Shown in pieces: positions 6,635 to 16,443 of a DNA stretch of 26,738 nt (within the stretch, counting starts at the first letter, position 1; every line of letters starts with the position of its first letter). The position numbers and the translations under genes were made by a program. The DNA comes from Desulfobacterales bacterium (GTDB lineage: Bacteria > Desulfobacterota > Desulfobacteria > Desulfobacterales > ETH-SRB1): positions 1 through 26,738 of the forward strand of contig JASEIZ010000001.1 of the NCBI GenBank assembly GCA_030017395.1, in the 5' to 3' direction. Below the pieces are notes generated by a model that ran no database searches, was not told where the DNA came from, and worked only from the letters and a program-made list of their open reading frames with translations.

Positions 6635-8264
6635 CTAAAATCTCCTCTTGCGGCAGCAAAACTACACAATCCGTGCCTTTTCCCTGTTCGCTTTTGATTG
6701 TGATTTTGCCCATGTGGCTTTCCACGATACTGTTTACGATTGCCATTCCAAGGCCTGTGCCGTTTTTCTTTGTTGTGTAAAAAGGTTCAAACACTTTGTC
6801 TTGATTTTTTGCTTCGATTCCACATCCATTATCACTTATCAATATCTCAAGATATTTTTTCCCGTCATTAAAAACCTGTCTTGTTTCTATTTTCAGTATG
6901 CCTTTTTCAGGCATGGCCTGAACAGCATTTAAAATCAGGTTCAATATTACCTGCCTTATCTCCGCCTTGTTGCCATATATATTGTTATGATCGCACAAGT
7001 TGCTATTTACTTCAATATCTTCACTCCATTCAGGGCTAAATCGAAGAGATTCAAGGACATCATCTATAACGGCTTTAACGTCAATATTTTTTCGCTCAGA
7101 CTGCTTGGGCCGCGCCAGAAGAAGGAAGTCTTTAACAAAACCTTCAAGTCGATCCTTTCCGCTTAAAATGATCTGCATGAGCCTTCTGTCTGTTTCGTCC
7201 AGATTTAAATCTTTACTCAACATCTGAATCGGCCCGCTGATTGATGCAAGAGGGTTCCTTATTTCATGGGCAAGGCCTGCGGCCATTTCACCAACAAATG
7301 CAAGTCTTTTGTTTCTTTCAATATTGGCTTCCATTTCTTTAATAACCGTTAAATCCTGAAAGATCAGGATATCACCTATTTTTTCTTTGTTACCGTCAAC
7401 AAGAGGAGAAATGGAACAACCCATTATCTTTCCTGAATCTGCGACTTCGAGTCTGCTACCATTCTTCAATTGGACTTCTTTGTCCAGCATTTTTGAAAGA
7501 ACAGGAAAGACATCATAGATTTTTTTGTTTATAATTTCGGAATGCAAAAAACCGGTGATCTTTTCAGCTTCGGTGTTAAAGGATTTTATGTTTCTATGAA
7601 GATCGACTGTTAAAATACCTGTATTTACAGACTCGATTATACTTTTGTGCAGCAGGTCAAGCTGATCAAAAGCGCTTTCCTTTTCCGCAAGAAGCTCTCT
7701 GGTCTTTTGCTCCTGTTTAACAGCATAACTTGTCAATAATGCAATAATATAAAAAGATATAATATGGACAAAAATTCTCGAAAAAACATAACCTGCATCG
7801 CAGTCGTAATTATAGTCCCACTGGTATATGGGTCGAATAATACCGTAGTATTCCAGATCAAGCAGCATCCCGTAAAATATGCTGCAGGCCGAGGCTGAAA
7901 TTAAGCCGCCTCTGCCGGCCAAAAAAAGCGCTGAATATATAATAACAAGTGGGTACAAAACAGAATAGATGCTTTCAATTCCGCCTGTTACATATACAAG
8001 TCCGGTTATCAATAAAACATCTAAAAAGCTTTGCAGGTATATGTTTACTCTGTTGTTTTTTATTATCTTTGGGATAAAAAGGCAGGTAAAAGAAAAAAGA
8101 TAGGTTAATGCTACAATGAAATATATTGGCGCATACGCTGTCTGCGAAGAAGATTCTCCTGCTTTAATCCGTATAAAAGTTGCAATACCGAGCAGGAAGG
8201 TTGCAATTACGACCCTTAACAACATCAACCATCGAATTCTTCTCTTCAAAGAATTATCTTTCAA
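6612..8264 (-). CDS. pilS: Membrane sensor histidine kinase PilS
   Basis: About 6 TM N-terminus ([14 protein letters not shown]), a PAS-like segment, H-box LAHEIRNPL, and N/G boxes ([21 protein letters not shown]). Confidence 0.85.
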   Translation of the reverse strand: MKDNSLKRRIRWLMLLRVVIATFLLGIATFIRIKAGESSSQTAYAPIYFIVALTYLFSFTCLFIPKIIKNNRVNIYLQSFLDVLLITGLVYVTGGIESIYSVLYPLVIIYSALFLAGRGGLISASACSIFYGMLLDLEYYGIIRPIYQWDYNYDCDAGYVFSRIFVHIISFYIIALLTSYAVKQEQKTRELLAEKESAFDQLDLLHKSIIESVNTGILTVDLHRNIKSFNTEAEKITGFLHSEIINKKIYDVFPVLSKMLDKEVQLKNGSRLEVADSGKIMGCSISPLVDGNKEKIGDILIFQDLTVIKEMEANIERNKRLAFVGEMAAGLAHEIRNPLASISGPIQMLSKDLNLDETDRRLMQIILSGKDRLEGFVKDFLLLARPKQSERKNIDVKAVIDDVLESLRFSPEWSEDIEVNSNLCDHNNIYGNKAEIRQVILNLILNAVQAMPEKGILKIETRQVFNDGKKYLEILISDNGCGIEAKNQDKVFEPFYTTKKNGTGLGMAIVNSIVESHMGKITIKSEQGKGTDCVVLLPQEEILDGEDSRC

Positions 8265-9534
8265 ACACGACCTTCCCGCCCACCATGGTAAGAACAGCCC
8301 TTCCCTTCATATTCCAGCCGTCAAATGGGGTGTTGCGACTTAAAGATTGAAAGCCGGCGGCATCCACCTTATAGGTTATGTCGGTGTCTATAATGGTTAT
8401 ATCGGCAGGCTTGCCTTTTTTTATGCCGTGATCAAGCCTCAAAATACCGGCAGGATTTGTTGACATCTTTGCTATAAGATCAATGATTGTTATTACACCC
8501 TTTTCAACCAGCTTTAAACCCAGAGAAAGCGATGTCTCAAGCCCTATTATTCCGTTTGCCGCGATATCAAATTCAACACCTTTTTCAATGGAAGAATGGG
8601 GTGCATGATCTGTGGCGATAACGTCAATAGTTCCATCGGACAATCCTTCAAGCACCGCTTCCCTGTCCCGGTCCGAACGCAGGGGGGGATTCATCTTTGC
8701 ATTTGTGTTATAACCCGTCACCGCATCCTCTGTCAGCGTAAAATAGTGCGGCGCTGTTTCAGCGGTCACACGAACGCCTCTGGTTTTTGCATCTCTTATC
8801 GCGCGCACAGATTCAAGCGTACTTACATGGGCAATATGAAGAGGAGCCCCTGTTAATTCACAAAGCGCTATGTCACGCATGACCATAATGCTTTCAGCGG
8901 CATTTGGTATTCCGCTAAGCCCCATTCGCGCCGCAACCGCCCCTTCATTCATAACTCCGTTTGCGGTAAGATCAAGATTCTCGCAGTGGGATATTACAAG
9001 AAGACCGAATCCCTTTGCATATTCCAGAGCCCTGCGCATCAGCCGGCTGTCTGTTACAGGGTTTCCGTCATCGGAAACAGCCACAGCTCCGGCATTCTTC
9101 AAATCTCCATATTCGCAAAGGCCTTTCCCTTGAAGCCCGGGGCTTATTGCGGCAACAGGATAAACACGAACCGTGTCCGCAAGGCCGGCTTTTTTTAATA
9201 TATATTCGGTAACCTGGCTGTTGTCGTTTACAGGGTTTGTGTTCGGCATTGTACAAACCGCCGTAAAACCGCCAAAGGCCGCCGCCATGCAGCCTGTTTC
9301 TATAGTTTCTTTATATTCATGCCCTGGTTCACGAAAATGTACATGCATATCAATCAGCCCGGGTGTCACTATTTTGCCTGAAGCATCAATGACTTTGAAC
9401 CCTGAACCCTGAACCCTGAACCCTGAACCCTGCTCTTTTATTTCAACTATTTTCCCATCTTCAATCAAAATATCCATGATGCCGTCTAAATTGCCTGGAT
9501 CAATTACTCTTCCGCCCTTAATCAGTATCAACAT
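8254..9534 (-). CDS. pyrC: Dihydroorotase (type I)
   Basis: [26 protein letters not shown] and ATDHAPH motifs. The start was set at ATG 9534 behind SD AGGAGG. Confidence 0.95.
   Translation of the reverse strand: MLILIKGGRVIDPGNLDGIMDILIEDGKIVEIKEQGSGFRVQGSGFKVIDASGKIVTPGLIDMHVHFREPGHEYKETIETGCMAAAFGGFTAVCTMPNTNPVNDNSQVTEYILKKAGLADTVRVYPVAAISPGLQGKGLCEYGDLKNAGAVAVSDDGNPVTDSRLMRRALEYAKGFGLLVISHCENLDLTANGVMNEGAVAARMGLSGIPNAAESIMVMRDIALCELTGAPLHIAHVSTLESVRAIRDAKTRGVRVTAETAPHYFTLTEDAVTGYNTNAKMNPPLRSDRDREAVLEGLSDGTIDVIATDHAPHSSIEKGVEFDIAANGIIGLETSLSLGLKLVEKGVITIIDLIAKMSTNPAGILRLDHGIKKGKPADITIIDTDITYKVDAAGFQSLSRNTPFDGWNMKGRAVLTMVGGKVVFER
9396..9430. repeat. Five perfect TGAACCC heptamers inside pyrC
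   Basis: Counted directly; they encode [12 protein letters not shown] in the enzyme's N-terminal region. Confidence 0.95.
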
Positions 9535-10456
9535 TGCGCACACCTCCTGCAGTCAGATATAAAAGAGCCATACGAACGGCAACGCCGTTTGTTACCTGAT
9601 CAATAATTATCGAGTATGGTCCATCCGCGACCTCCGGAGCTATTTCAACGCCCCGATTAACCGGACCTGGATGCATGACAAGCACATCTTTTTTAGCGCC
9701 TTTCATTCTTTCCATTGTTAACCCATACTCTTTTGAATACTCGCGTTCAGTAGAAAACAAAAAACCTTTTTGCCGCTCCTTTTGTATCCTGAGCATCATT
9801 ATAATATCAGCATTACAAACAGCATCATTCACATTATACGTAACAGAAGCCCCGAGGGTTTCAATTCCTTTTGGAATCATGGTCGGTGGGCCGGCCAGCA
9901 CAACATCTGCTCCCATTTTTGCAAACCCGATTATATTTGATCTTGCTACTCTGCTGTGGGATATATCGCCGATTATCGCGATACGCAGCCCTGAAATTCT
10001 TCCCTTGTTTTCTCTGACAGTCATAAGATCAAGCAGCGACTGGGTTGGATGCGAATGCATGCCGTCACCTGCATTGATAACGGATGTCCTGATGATTTTT
10101 GCCAGCATATGTGAAGCGCCTGCCATAGAATGACGCATAACAATCACATCAGGGTTCATGGCTTCAAGATTCCGGGCTGTATCTATAAGTGTTTCCCCTT
10201 TTACTAAACTGCTGGCGCTTCCGGATATTGAAATACTGTCGGCGCTGAGCCGCTTTGCCGCAATATCAAAAGATGTTCGTGTACGAGTGCTGGGTTCATA
10301 GAAAAAAAGCACTATTGTCTTACCTCGCAAAGTCGGAACCTTTTTGACAGGTCTTTTTGAAATTTCCTTCATTTGTTGTGCAGTATTAAGAATCAAGGTA
10401 ATTTCATCAACAGAAAGCGATTCCATGTCCAGAATATCTTTTTTTGAAAACTGCAT
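9518..10456 (-). CDS. pyrB: Aspartate carbamoyltransferase catalytic subunit
   Basis: [31 protein letters not shown] and MHPGPVNRG motifs. Confidence 0.97.
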   Translation of the reverse strand: MQFSKKDILDMESLSVDEITLILNTAQQMKEISKRPVKKVPTLRGKTIVLFFYEPSTRTRTSFDIAAKRLSADSISISGSASSLVKGETLIDTARNLEAMNPDVIVMRHSMAGASHMLAKIIRTSVINAGDGMHSHPTQSLLDLMTVRENKGRISGLRIAIIGDISHSRVARSNIIGFAKMGADVVLAGPPTMIPKGIETLGASVTYNVNDAVCNADIIMMLRIQKERQKGFLFSTEREYSKEYGLTMERMKGAKKDVLVMHPGPVNRGVEIAPEVADGPYSIIIDQVTNGVAVRMALLYLTAGGVRNVDTD

Positions 10457-10468
10457 AATCCACCTGTT

Positions 10469-10722
10469 AGGGTTTACGGTTCAAAGTTCAGGGTTTTCAC
10501 AGGAATGACAATCTCGTCTAATCGTCAGTCATTCCGGCGAAAGCCGGAATCCAGTGCTTTGTCAGTTTGGGTTCAAAGGTTCACAGTTCCAAGTTCAGGG
10601 TTAATCGCATTGCGATTTTTTTATCTGCCTGTGCGTTGCGCGCAGACAGGTGCCATTGATTTCACCAGGCAAGCATTATGAATCTGTCAACCTCTGAACC
10701 TCTGAACCTCTGAACGGTTACG
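10469..10722. repeat. Composite intergenic repeat: GGTTCA-type arms, REP core, further palindrome, CTGAACCT arm
   Basis: The core 10494-10561 is 64/68 identical to 21853-21920 by manual alignment. It also contains CCTGTGCGTTGCGCGCAGACAGG and three AACCTCTG-type units. Confidence 0.8.
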
Positions 10723-10724
10723 TT

Positions 10725-11369
10725 TCATTTCAATAAATGCCCAATCCTGTTCCACCTGACTCCAAAACTTCCATTATCCCATGACCAGTAAACAATAAAT
10801 GCTTTTCCTTTTACAGCTTTTAAATCAACAAAACCCCAAAACCTGCTGTCATAGCTGTGGTCTCTGTTATCCCCCATCACAAAAAGAGAAGCAGGAGGCA
10901 CAGTAACAGGTCCAAAATTGTCCCTTTTTTGAAAAACTCCGGGAATTATATGTGGGTCCGTGTAAATACCATGATCCTGATTAAGACGCATGTTGTTAAT
11001 ATATACCTGTTTATTACGTATCTCAACCACGTCTCCGGAAATACCGACAACCCTTTTTATAAAATCCTTGTTTGGATCCTCTGGGAACTTGAAAACTACG
11101 ATGTCCCCACGCTTTGGATTTTTAATATGGATAAGCGTAATATCTGAAAATGGAATCTTAACCCCGTAAATAAACTTATTTACCAGTATATGATCGCCTA
11201 TTAAAAGCGTCTGCTTCATTGAGCCTGATGGGATTTTAAATGCCTGAACAATAAAGGTTCGTATAAATAAAGCTATTAATATTGCAACAACTATCGCTTC
11301 AATGTTCTCCCGAAGAGCGCTTCTTTTTGTAGCAAAAATTTCTGTTTTAGAAGAATCTTTTGATTTCAA
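10725..11369 (-). CDS. lepB: Signal peptidase I
   Basis: AFKIPSGSM (catalytic Ser), GDHILVNK, FIKRVVG (catalytic Lys) and GDNRDHSYDSR. Confidence 0.97.
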   Translation of the reverse strand: MKSKDSSKTEIFATKRSALRENIEAIVVAILIALFIRTFIVQAFKIPSGSMKQTLLIGDHILVNKFIYGVKIPFSDITLIHIKNPKRGDIVVFKFPEDPNKDFIKRVVGISGDVVEIRNKQVYINNMRLNQDHGIYTDPHIIPGVFQKRDNFGPVTVPPASLFVMGDNRDHSYDSRFWGFVDLKAVKGKAFIVYWSWDNGSFGVRWNRIGHLLK

Positions 11370-11500
11370 GATATTCTGTTGCCTTTCTTTTTTTGTATTA
11401 GTTCAGCCACAAATGCACTAAGGCGCTAACGTACCGTTGGCATTTTGCACAGTTCTCGATCAATATTCATGCTTTGTGTTTTTGTGCCTTAGTAACCTGG

Positions 11501-11962
11501 TTATTGCGATAAATACAAAATAATTCTTAATACCAAATTGCTGTAAATTCCCGCCGCCACATCATCCATAACAATTGCTGTCCCGCCTGATAATTTTCTT
11601 TCAATTAAACGTATCGGAAAAGGCTTCAGAATATCAAAAAATCTGAACATCACAAATCCAACCAGTACATAGACGGCATTGAAGGGCAAATTAAGTATTG
11701 TTATCATAAATCCTGCAATTTCATCAATAACAATAAGCCCGGGATCATTTTTTTTTAATATTTTTTCAGCATGATGAGCTATGAATATAGCAAAAATAAT
11801 AAATATCCCTGTCAAAAGGACGGCAAGCAAAAAATTTGTTCTTGACAGAAAAAAACAAAAAGGAAGCCCCAGGATGGTTCCAAAGGTGCCGGGAGCAAAG
11901 GGAATGTTACCGATAAAACAGCCGGTCGCAAAAAACATGACCGATTTTTCTCGAAAATTCAT
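11501..11962 (-). CDS. pgpA: Phosphatidylglycerophosphatase A
   Basis: PFAPGTFGT, DPGLIVIDEIAG, FRFFDILKPFPI and MDDVAAG. Confidence 0.93.
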   Translation of the reverse strand: MNFREKSVMFFATGCFIGNIPFAPGTFGTILGLPFCFFLSRTNFLLAVLLTGIFIIFAIFIAHHAEKILKKNDPGLIVIDEIAGFMITILNLPFNAVYVLVGFVMFRFFDILKPFPIRLIERKLSGGTAIVMDDVAAGIYSNLVLRIILYLSQ

Positions 11963-11978
11963 GGGTATTTTCTATAGT

Positions 11979-13172
11979 CTAGGCATGTTTTTTGTCAAGG
12001 GATAGTTGCGTACCATCTCTCGCTATTATATCATACACAATTCGTATCGGGATGCTTTTTTCAAAAGCAATCTTTTTGCAGGCTTCATACTCCGGAACGA
12101 TTCTCATGCTGCCGGCAGGGTCTGTAATACGTTTAGCCTTAATCATCCCGTATCTGGTTTTAACGATTATTTCTTCGCGGGCAAGTATTACCCTTTCAAC
12201 ATTATAGTATCTTACGCCCAACGAGGTAGTTTCAGACAAAATACGCTTTATTATTATATCCTTCCGAATATTCCGGCACAAGACCTGCATCATTGTCCCC
12301 GGCCTGTTTTTCTTCATAAAAACCGGAATCCAGTAAACATCGAGAGCTCCGTCTTCAAACAAACGATCCATGACAAATCCGAAGATTTCAGGATTCATAT
12401 CGTCAATACAGGCTTCTATAACAACTATTGTCTCTTGTTGACAAATGGCTTCATGATTTGGCAATGTTCCGGCAATGATCCGCAAAAGATTAGGCTTTGG
12501 TTCAATGTCTTGTTTACCGGCGCCATAACCTGTTTTTTTAATAACCATATCAGGTATTGGCCCATAAGATTCGGCGAGTGTGGCTATAATTGCAGCTCCT
12601 GTAGGAGTTACAAGTTCGCAGGAAATTCCCGAGCCAACTATCGGAACCCCTTTTAAAATTTCAAGTGTGGCAGGAGCCGGCACGGGTAATGTGCCGTGAC
12701 GGCATGATACAAAACCAGTTCCAAGAACCAGGCTTGAGGAGATTATCTTCTTAATGCCGAGATGCTCGATGCAAAGAGCCGCTCCTACAATATCCGCTAT
12801 GGCATCAATACCGCCGACCTCATGAAAATGAACCTTTTCTGCAGGACATCCGTGTATTTTTGATTCAGCCTTTGCAAGCCTTTCGAAAATCTTAAGGCTT
12901 TTTTCTTTAACCACGACAGATAAAGCGCTTTTTTCAATTAAAGATTTTATCTCGGTATAATCCCTTGACTGGACTTTATCTCCTGAATAAACATGAACAC
13001 TCTTAGCCGTTATCCCATGCCTGACAACAGATGAAACAGCCATGTCAAAACCTGTCAATGGGATAGAACAAAGAGATTCTTTCAGCCATTTTACAGGCAC
13101 TCCAAGATCGATAAGGGCGCCTAAGGTCATGTCGCCGCTTATACCCGAGAAACAGTCAAAATAGACTATCAT
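11979..13172 (-). CDS. larC: Nickel-pincer cofactor biosynthesis protein LarC
   Basis: YFDCFSGISGDM, HFHEVGGIDAIADIV, PVPAPAT, ELVTPTGAA, IDDMNPE, MKKNRPG and PEYE. The start was set at ATG 13172 (SD AAGGAG). Confidence 0.93.
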   Translation of the reverse strand: MIVYFDCFSGISGDMTLGALIDLGVPVKWLKESLCSIPLTGFDMAVSSVVRHGITAKSVHVYSGDKVQSRDYTEIKSLIEKSALSVVVKEKSLKIFERLAKAESKIHGCPAEKVHFHEVGGIDAIADIVGAALCIEHLGIKKIISSSLVLGTGFVSCRHGTLPVPAPATLEILKGVPIVGSGISCELVTPTGAAIIATLAESYGPIPDMVIKKTGYGAGKQDIEPKPNLLRIIAGTLPNHEAICQQETIVVIEACIDDMNPEIFGFVMDRLFEDGALDVYWIPVFMKKNRPGTMMQVLCRNIRKDIIIKRILSETTSLGVRYYNVERVILAREEIIVKTRYGMIKAKRITDPAGSMRIVPEYEACKKIAFEKSIPIRIVYDIIARDGTQLSLDKKHA

Positions 13173-13342
13173 ACAATACAACTCTCCTTGTTTATCCTTT
13201 TTTCTTTGTTAAAAACCTGTTTAAGCCTTTTACCACAAAGTTTACATAGTTTACAGAGATTTTCTATAAAAAAAGAACGGTTTCCTCCGAAGTCTTTGTC
13301 TGCCTTGTGGTGAAAAACCCTAACTTTACAAATGAAAAATTA

Positions 13343-13370
13343 TTGACAAAAAAAAATATGTCAATATGAT
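13343..13370 (+). promoter_or_regulatory. Sigma70 promoter of selC
   Basis: TTGACA-16 nt-TATGAT, 21 nt before the tRNA. Confidence 0.65.
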
Positions 13371-13391
13371 GACAGGGTTTCCAATAAATAT

Positions 13392-13489
13392 GGAAGTGCA
13401 CAGCTCGCTGGTGGGGCTCCCGGACTTCAAATCCGGTGTGGGGCGCTAAAACCGTCCCGGGTGGGTTCGATTCCCATGCACTTCCGCCA
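13392..13489 (+). tRNA. selC: tRNA-Sec (TCA)
   Basis: 8-bp acceptor stem GGAAGTGC/GCACTTCC, anticodon arm GGAC-TTCAAA-TCC, long variable arm, GGTTCGATTCC T-loop, and G discriminator plus encoded CCA; 98 nt. Confidence 0.97.
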
Positions 13490-13615
13490 TTTCCAATTAA
13501 TCTTATCGAAATTCCCTGCAGCGCCTTACAGGCGGGATATCCGCTTTGCCGCGACAAAGATTACGGGTAATGCGCTTATTACTGAGATTCATGAGGGTCA
13601 GACAAATGAGTTACT

Positions 13616-14992
13616 ATGAAAAAGATTAAAATATTAATTGTAGAAGATAATGATCTTAACAGAGAAAATCTGACAGAATTGTTATCTGAAAACGGTTATG
13701 AGGTTAAGGCTGTCAGTAACGGGAAAGAGGCAATCGATGTCCTTCCTTATGACAACTACGATCTGGTAATAACGGATATGAAAATGCCTTATGTGGATGG
13801 CATGCAGTTGCTTAAATTTATAAAAAAGGGGTATCCTGAAAAGGCCGTTATCATGATCACCGGTTATGCCAGCATAAAAAGCGCTATTAATGCCATGAAA
13901 ATGGGGGCATTTGATTATATAACAAAACCTTTAAAAAAAGACGTCGTCGATCTGGCTGTTGCAAGAGCACTGTCCCATGCAAAACTCAAGGACGAAAACA
14001 TCGCTCTCAGGAAGCATTTGGAGGAAAAATATGATTTTGGCAAATTAACGGCTTACAGCGATAGCATGAAGCAGGTTCTTGAAAAAATTAAAAAGGTGGC
14101 CTCATCAGACAGCACCATTGCCATATACGGCGAAAGTGGAACAGGCAAGGAACTGGTGGCCAGAGCGCTGCATTTCAATAGCAAAAGAAAAGCCCGTCCT
14201 CTTGTTACGGTAAACTGCGGCGCAATTCCTGAAGAGCTTCTTGAAAGCGAACTGTTTGGGCATGAAAAAGGGGCGTTTACCGGAGCTTTACGGAGCAGGG
14301 TGGGACGGTTTGAATTAGCGCATGGGGGAACGATCTTTCTCGATGAAATAGGCGACATGAGCCCTTCATTGCAGGTAAAATTGTTGAGAGTAATACAGGA
14401 AAGGCGGTTCGAAAGGATTGGAGGCATAAAGACTATAAATGTTGACGTAAGGATTATTACCGCTACAAACCAGGATCTGGAAAAGTTCGTGGCAGAAAAA
14501 AGGTTCAGGGAAGATCTCTTTTACCGCATCAATGTAATACCCATCCATCTTCCACCTCTCAGAGCAAGGAAAACGGATATACCTGCCATGGCTAATATTT
14601 TCCTGAAAACATTTAATAGGTTAAAAGAAAAAAATGTAGATGGATTAACGCCTGAAGCCATGAATTACCTTACAAATTATCACTGGCCAGGCAATGTAAG
14701 AGAGTTGCAAAATCTTATTGAAATGCTTGTTGTCATGAAGGAATGCGGCAAGATAGAGGTAAATGATTTGCCTGATAAGATAAGACTGAATTCAGGAAGA
14801 GTTGAAGGAGTTATAAGCGATGTTGAGATCGCTGACGAAGGTCTGGATCTAAACGAATTAATCTGTCAATTTGAAAAAGATTTGCTCCAAAAGGCCCTGC
14901 AGAAATCGGGGAAGATAAAAACCAAGGCCGCAAAGTTGTTGAACCTGAATAGAACGACCTTTGTAGAAAAATTAAAGCGATATAAAATGTAA
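13616..14992 (+). CDS. Sigma54-dependent response regulator (NtrC family; FleQ/FlrA-like HTH)
   Basis: REC with phosphoacceptor Asp (ITDMKMP), AAA+ with intact GAFTGA, and C-terminal LNRTTFVEKLKR. Confidence 0.9.
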   Translation: MKKIKILIVEDNDLNRENLTELLSENGYEVKAVSNGKEAIDVLPYDNYDLVITDMKMPYVDGMQLLKFIKKGYPEKAVIMITGYASIKSAINAMKMGAFDYITKPLKKDVVDLAVARALSHAKLKDENIALRKHLEEKYDFGKLTAYSDSMKQVLEKIKKVASSDSTIAIYGESGTGKELVARALHFNSKRKARPLVTVNCGAIPEELLESELFGHEKGAFTGALRSRVGRFELAHGGTIFLDEIGDMSPSLQVKLLRVIQERRFERIGGIKTINVDVRIITATNQDLEKFVAEKRFREDLFYRINVIPIHLPPLRARKTDIPAMANIFLKTFNRLKEKNVDGLTPEAMNYLTNYHWPGNVRELQNLIEMLVVMKECGKIEVNDLPDKIRLNSGRVEGVISDVEIADEGLDLNELICQFEKDLLQKALQKSGKIKTKAAKLLNLNRTTFVEKLKRYKM

Positions 14993-14996
14993 GCGC

Positions 14997-15437
14997 TCAT
15001 CTTCTATCTAACATCTCTCTTACTTTCTTTACCATATCAATTAACCGATATGGTTTGCCGATAAAACCGGCAGCGCCGGCTTCAAGCGTCTCTTTCACCT
15101 GCCCGTCGGCAAAATAACCTGTAGCAACAAGAACTTTTATCTCCGGATTGATTTTAAGAAGCTCCTTAAAACACCTGTGGCCATCCATACCGGGCATCCC
15201 TATGTCCAGAATTACAAGATCGATCTGATTCTCTTTTCTCACATAAATCTCAACGGCATCTTCCCCGTTTTCCGCAGTAATAGTCGTATAACCATACTGA
15301 TCCAGTATATCGCATGCTGTATCAAGAGCAAACTTATGATCATCTACTAAAAGAATGGTCTCATTATCAGCATACAGCGTCCTCAATTCTTTATGCGCTA
15401 ATGGTTGCTCTACCTTCTCAAGAACCCCATCTAACAC
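14997..15437 (-). CDS. Stand-alone receiver-domain protein
   Basis: ETILLVDD..., LVILDIGMPGMDG, ATGY and GKPY. It resembles the terminal REC of hybrid kinases. GTG start with SD AGGAG. Confidence 0.85.
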   Translation of the reverse strand: MLDGVLEKVEQPLAHKELRTLYADNETILLVDDHKFALDTACDILDQYGYTTITAENGEDAVEIYVRKENQIDLVILDIGMPGMDGHRCFKELLKINPEIKVLVATGYFADGQVKETLEAGAAGFIGKPYRLIDMVKKVREMLDRR

Positions 15438-15486
15438 CTTGTTCTCCTGCCAAAGATTAAAATTGGTTTTTTCACTTTTCTTTCCA

Positions 15487-15951
15487 TTACATCAAGTTTA
15501 TACAAAAATCTACAACAAAAGGACCATCCTTTGTTTCAAATGGAATAATAATACTTGGCCCTCCTAAAACATGTTTGATCGAATGCTCTTTGCCGGAAAC
15601 CACGGTAGGAATCGCCGCCAAAACATTTAAGCCTAATGGTTCCAATTTCTTCCTCGCCGCCCCTGAAATCATATTTGTAATTTCGCCCACGGCATCCGTA
15701 ATTTCGCCGTTGACCTCCTTTATCTCTTCTCCTAACATGTTTGATGCGATCTTAAGTATAGATTCCTCAGAAAAGCTCAGAGCCATCGAGCCGGTTGCAG
15801 ATCCCGTAAGGCCTATTATCCCTGAAACATCGCCGGTGGCTAAACTATTTTTCTTAAGATAGGGCTTGCCGGGTTTCGGTTCGACAAAAGCCATCATCTT
15901 CAGTACGTCAATCGTTCCCTCTAAAAAGGCATTTATAAATCTAACGTCCAC
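15487..15951 (-). CDS. cheX: Chemotaxis phosphatase CheX
   Basis: FINAFL, GDVSGIIGLTG and DAVGEITNMISG (E-x-x-N motif). Confidence 0.92.
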   Translation of the reverse strand: MDVRFINAFLEGTIDVLKMMAFVEPKPGKPYLKKNSLATGDVSGIIGLTGSATGSMALSFSEESILKIASNMLGEEIKEVNGEITDAVGEITNMISGAARKKLEPLGLNVLAAIPTVVSGKEHSIKHVLGGPSIIIPFETKDGPFVVDFCINLM

Positions 15952-16043
15952 GCTTTCCTCCTTAAGATCTTGTTGTTTGGTCGAGTAGTAACTAAAATTT
16001 TCAGTTTTGACCTTTCAGCCTTCATCCTAAACAACCTGAATAG

Positions 16044-16430
16044 CTACATCTTCTCTAAAATTTTTACTATCTTTTCATCCAGGGTCTTGGCGGTAAAGGG
16101 TTTCACAACATAATTGCTTACACCCGCCTTAACTGCCGCCACAACATTTTCTTTAAGCCCTTCAGACGTAACCATCAAGAATGGCAAACCACTAAATTTA
16201 TTGTCCGCCCTCACAGCTTTAAGGAGCTCAATGCCAGTCATATTGGGCATATTCCAGTCAGAGATGATAAAATCTATTTCTTGCGATTTTAATACCATCA
16301 AAGCTGCCACACCATCTTCGGCCTCGGTAACGTTTTGATACCCAGCCTGTTTTAAAAGATTTTTAATCACCCTTCTCATCGTGGCGAAATCGTCAACTAC
16401 CAGTATTTTTATGTTTTTGTCAATATTCAT
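16044..16430 (-). CDS. cheY: Chemotaxis response regulator CheY
   Basis: [28 protein letters not shown] and YVVKPF. Confidence 0.93.
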   Translation of the reverse strand: MNIDKNIKILVVDDFATMRRVIKNLLKQAGYQNVTEAEDGVAALMVLKSQEIDFIISDWNMPNMTGIELLKAVRADNKFSGLPFLMVTSEGLKENVVAAVKAGVSNYVVKPFTAKTLDEKIVKILEKM

Positions 16431-16443
16431 GACCGCACTCCCT

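Noticed and set aside
12006-12656. 216-aa plus-strand ORF and the other antisense ORFs in the track (e.g. 9675-10133, 17669-18079, 25857-26258)
   Set aside because: They are shadows of well-supported genes on the opposite strand, with no recognisable motifs.
11979-13172. larC without larA/larB/larE as a novel pathway
   Set aside because: Dispersed lar genes are common in anaerobes; the partners may be elsewhere in the genome.
13264-13557. 97-aa minus-strand ORF
   Set aside because: It is antisense to tRNA-Sec and its promoter, and has no protein features.
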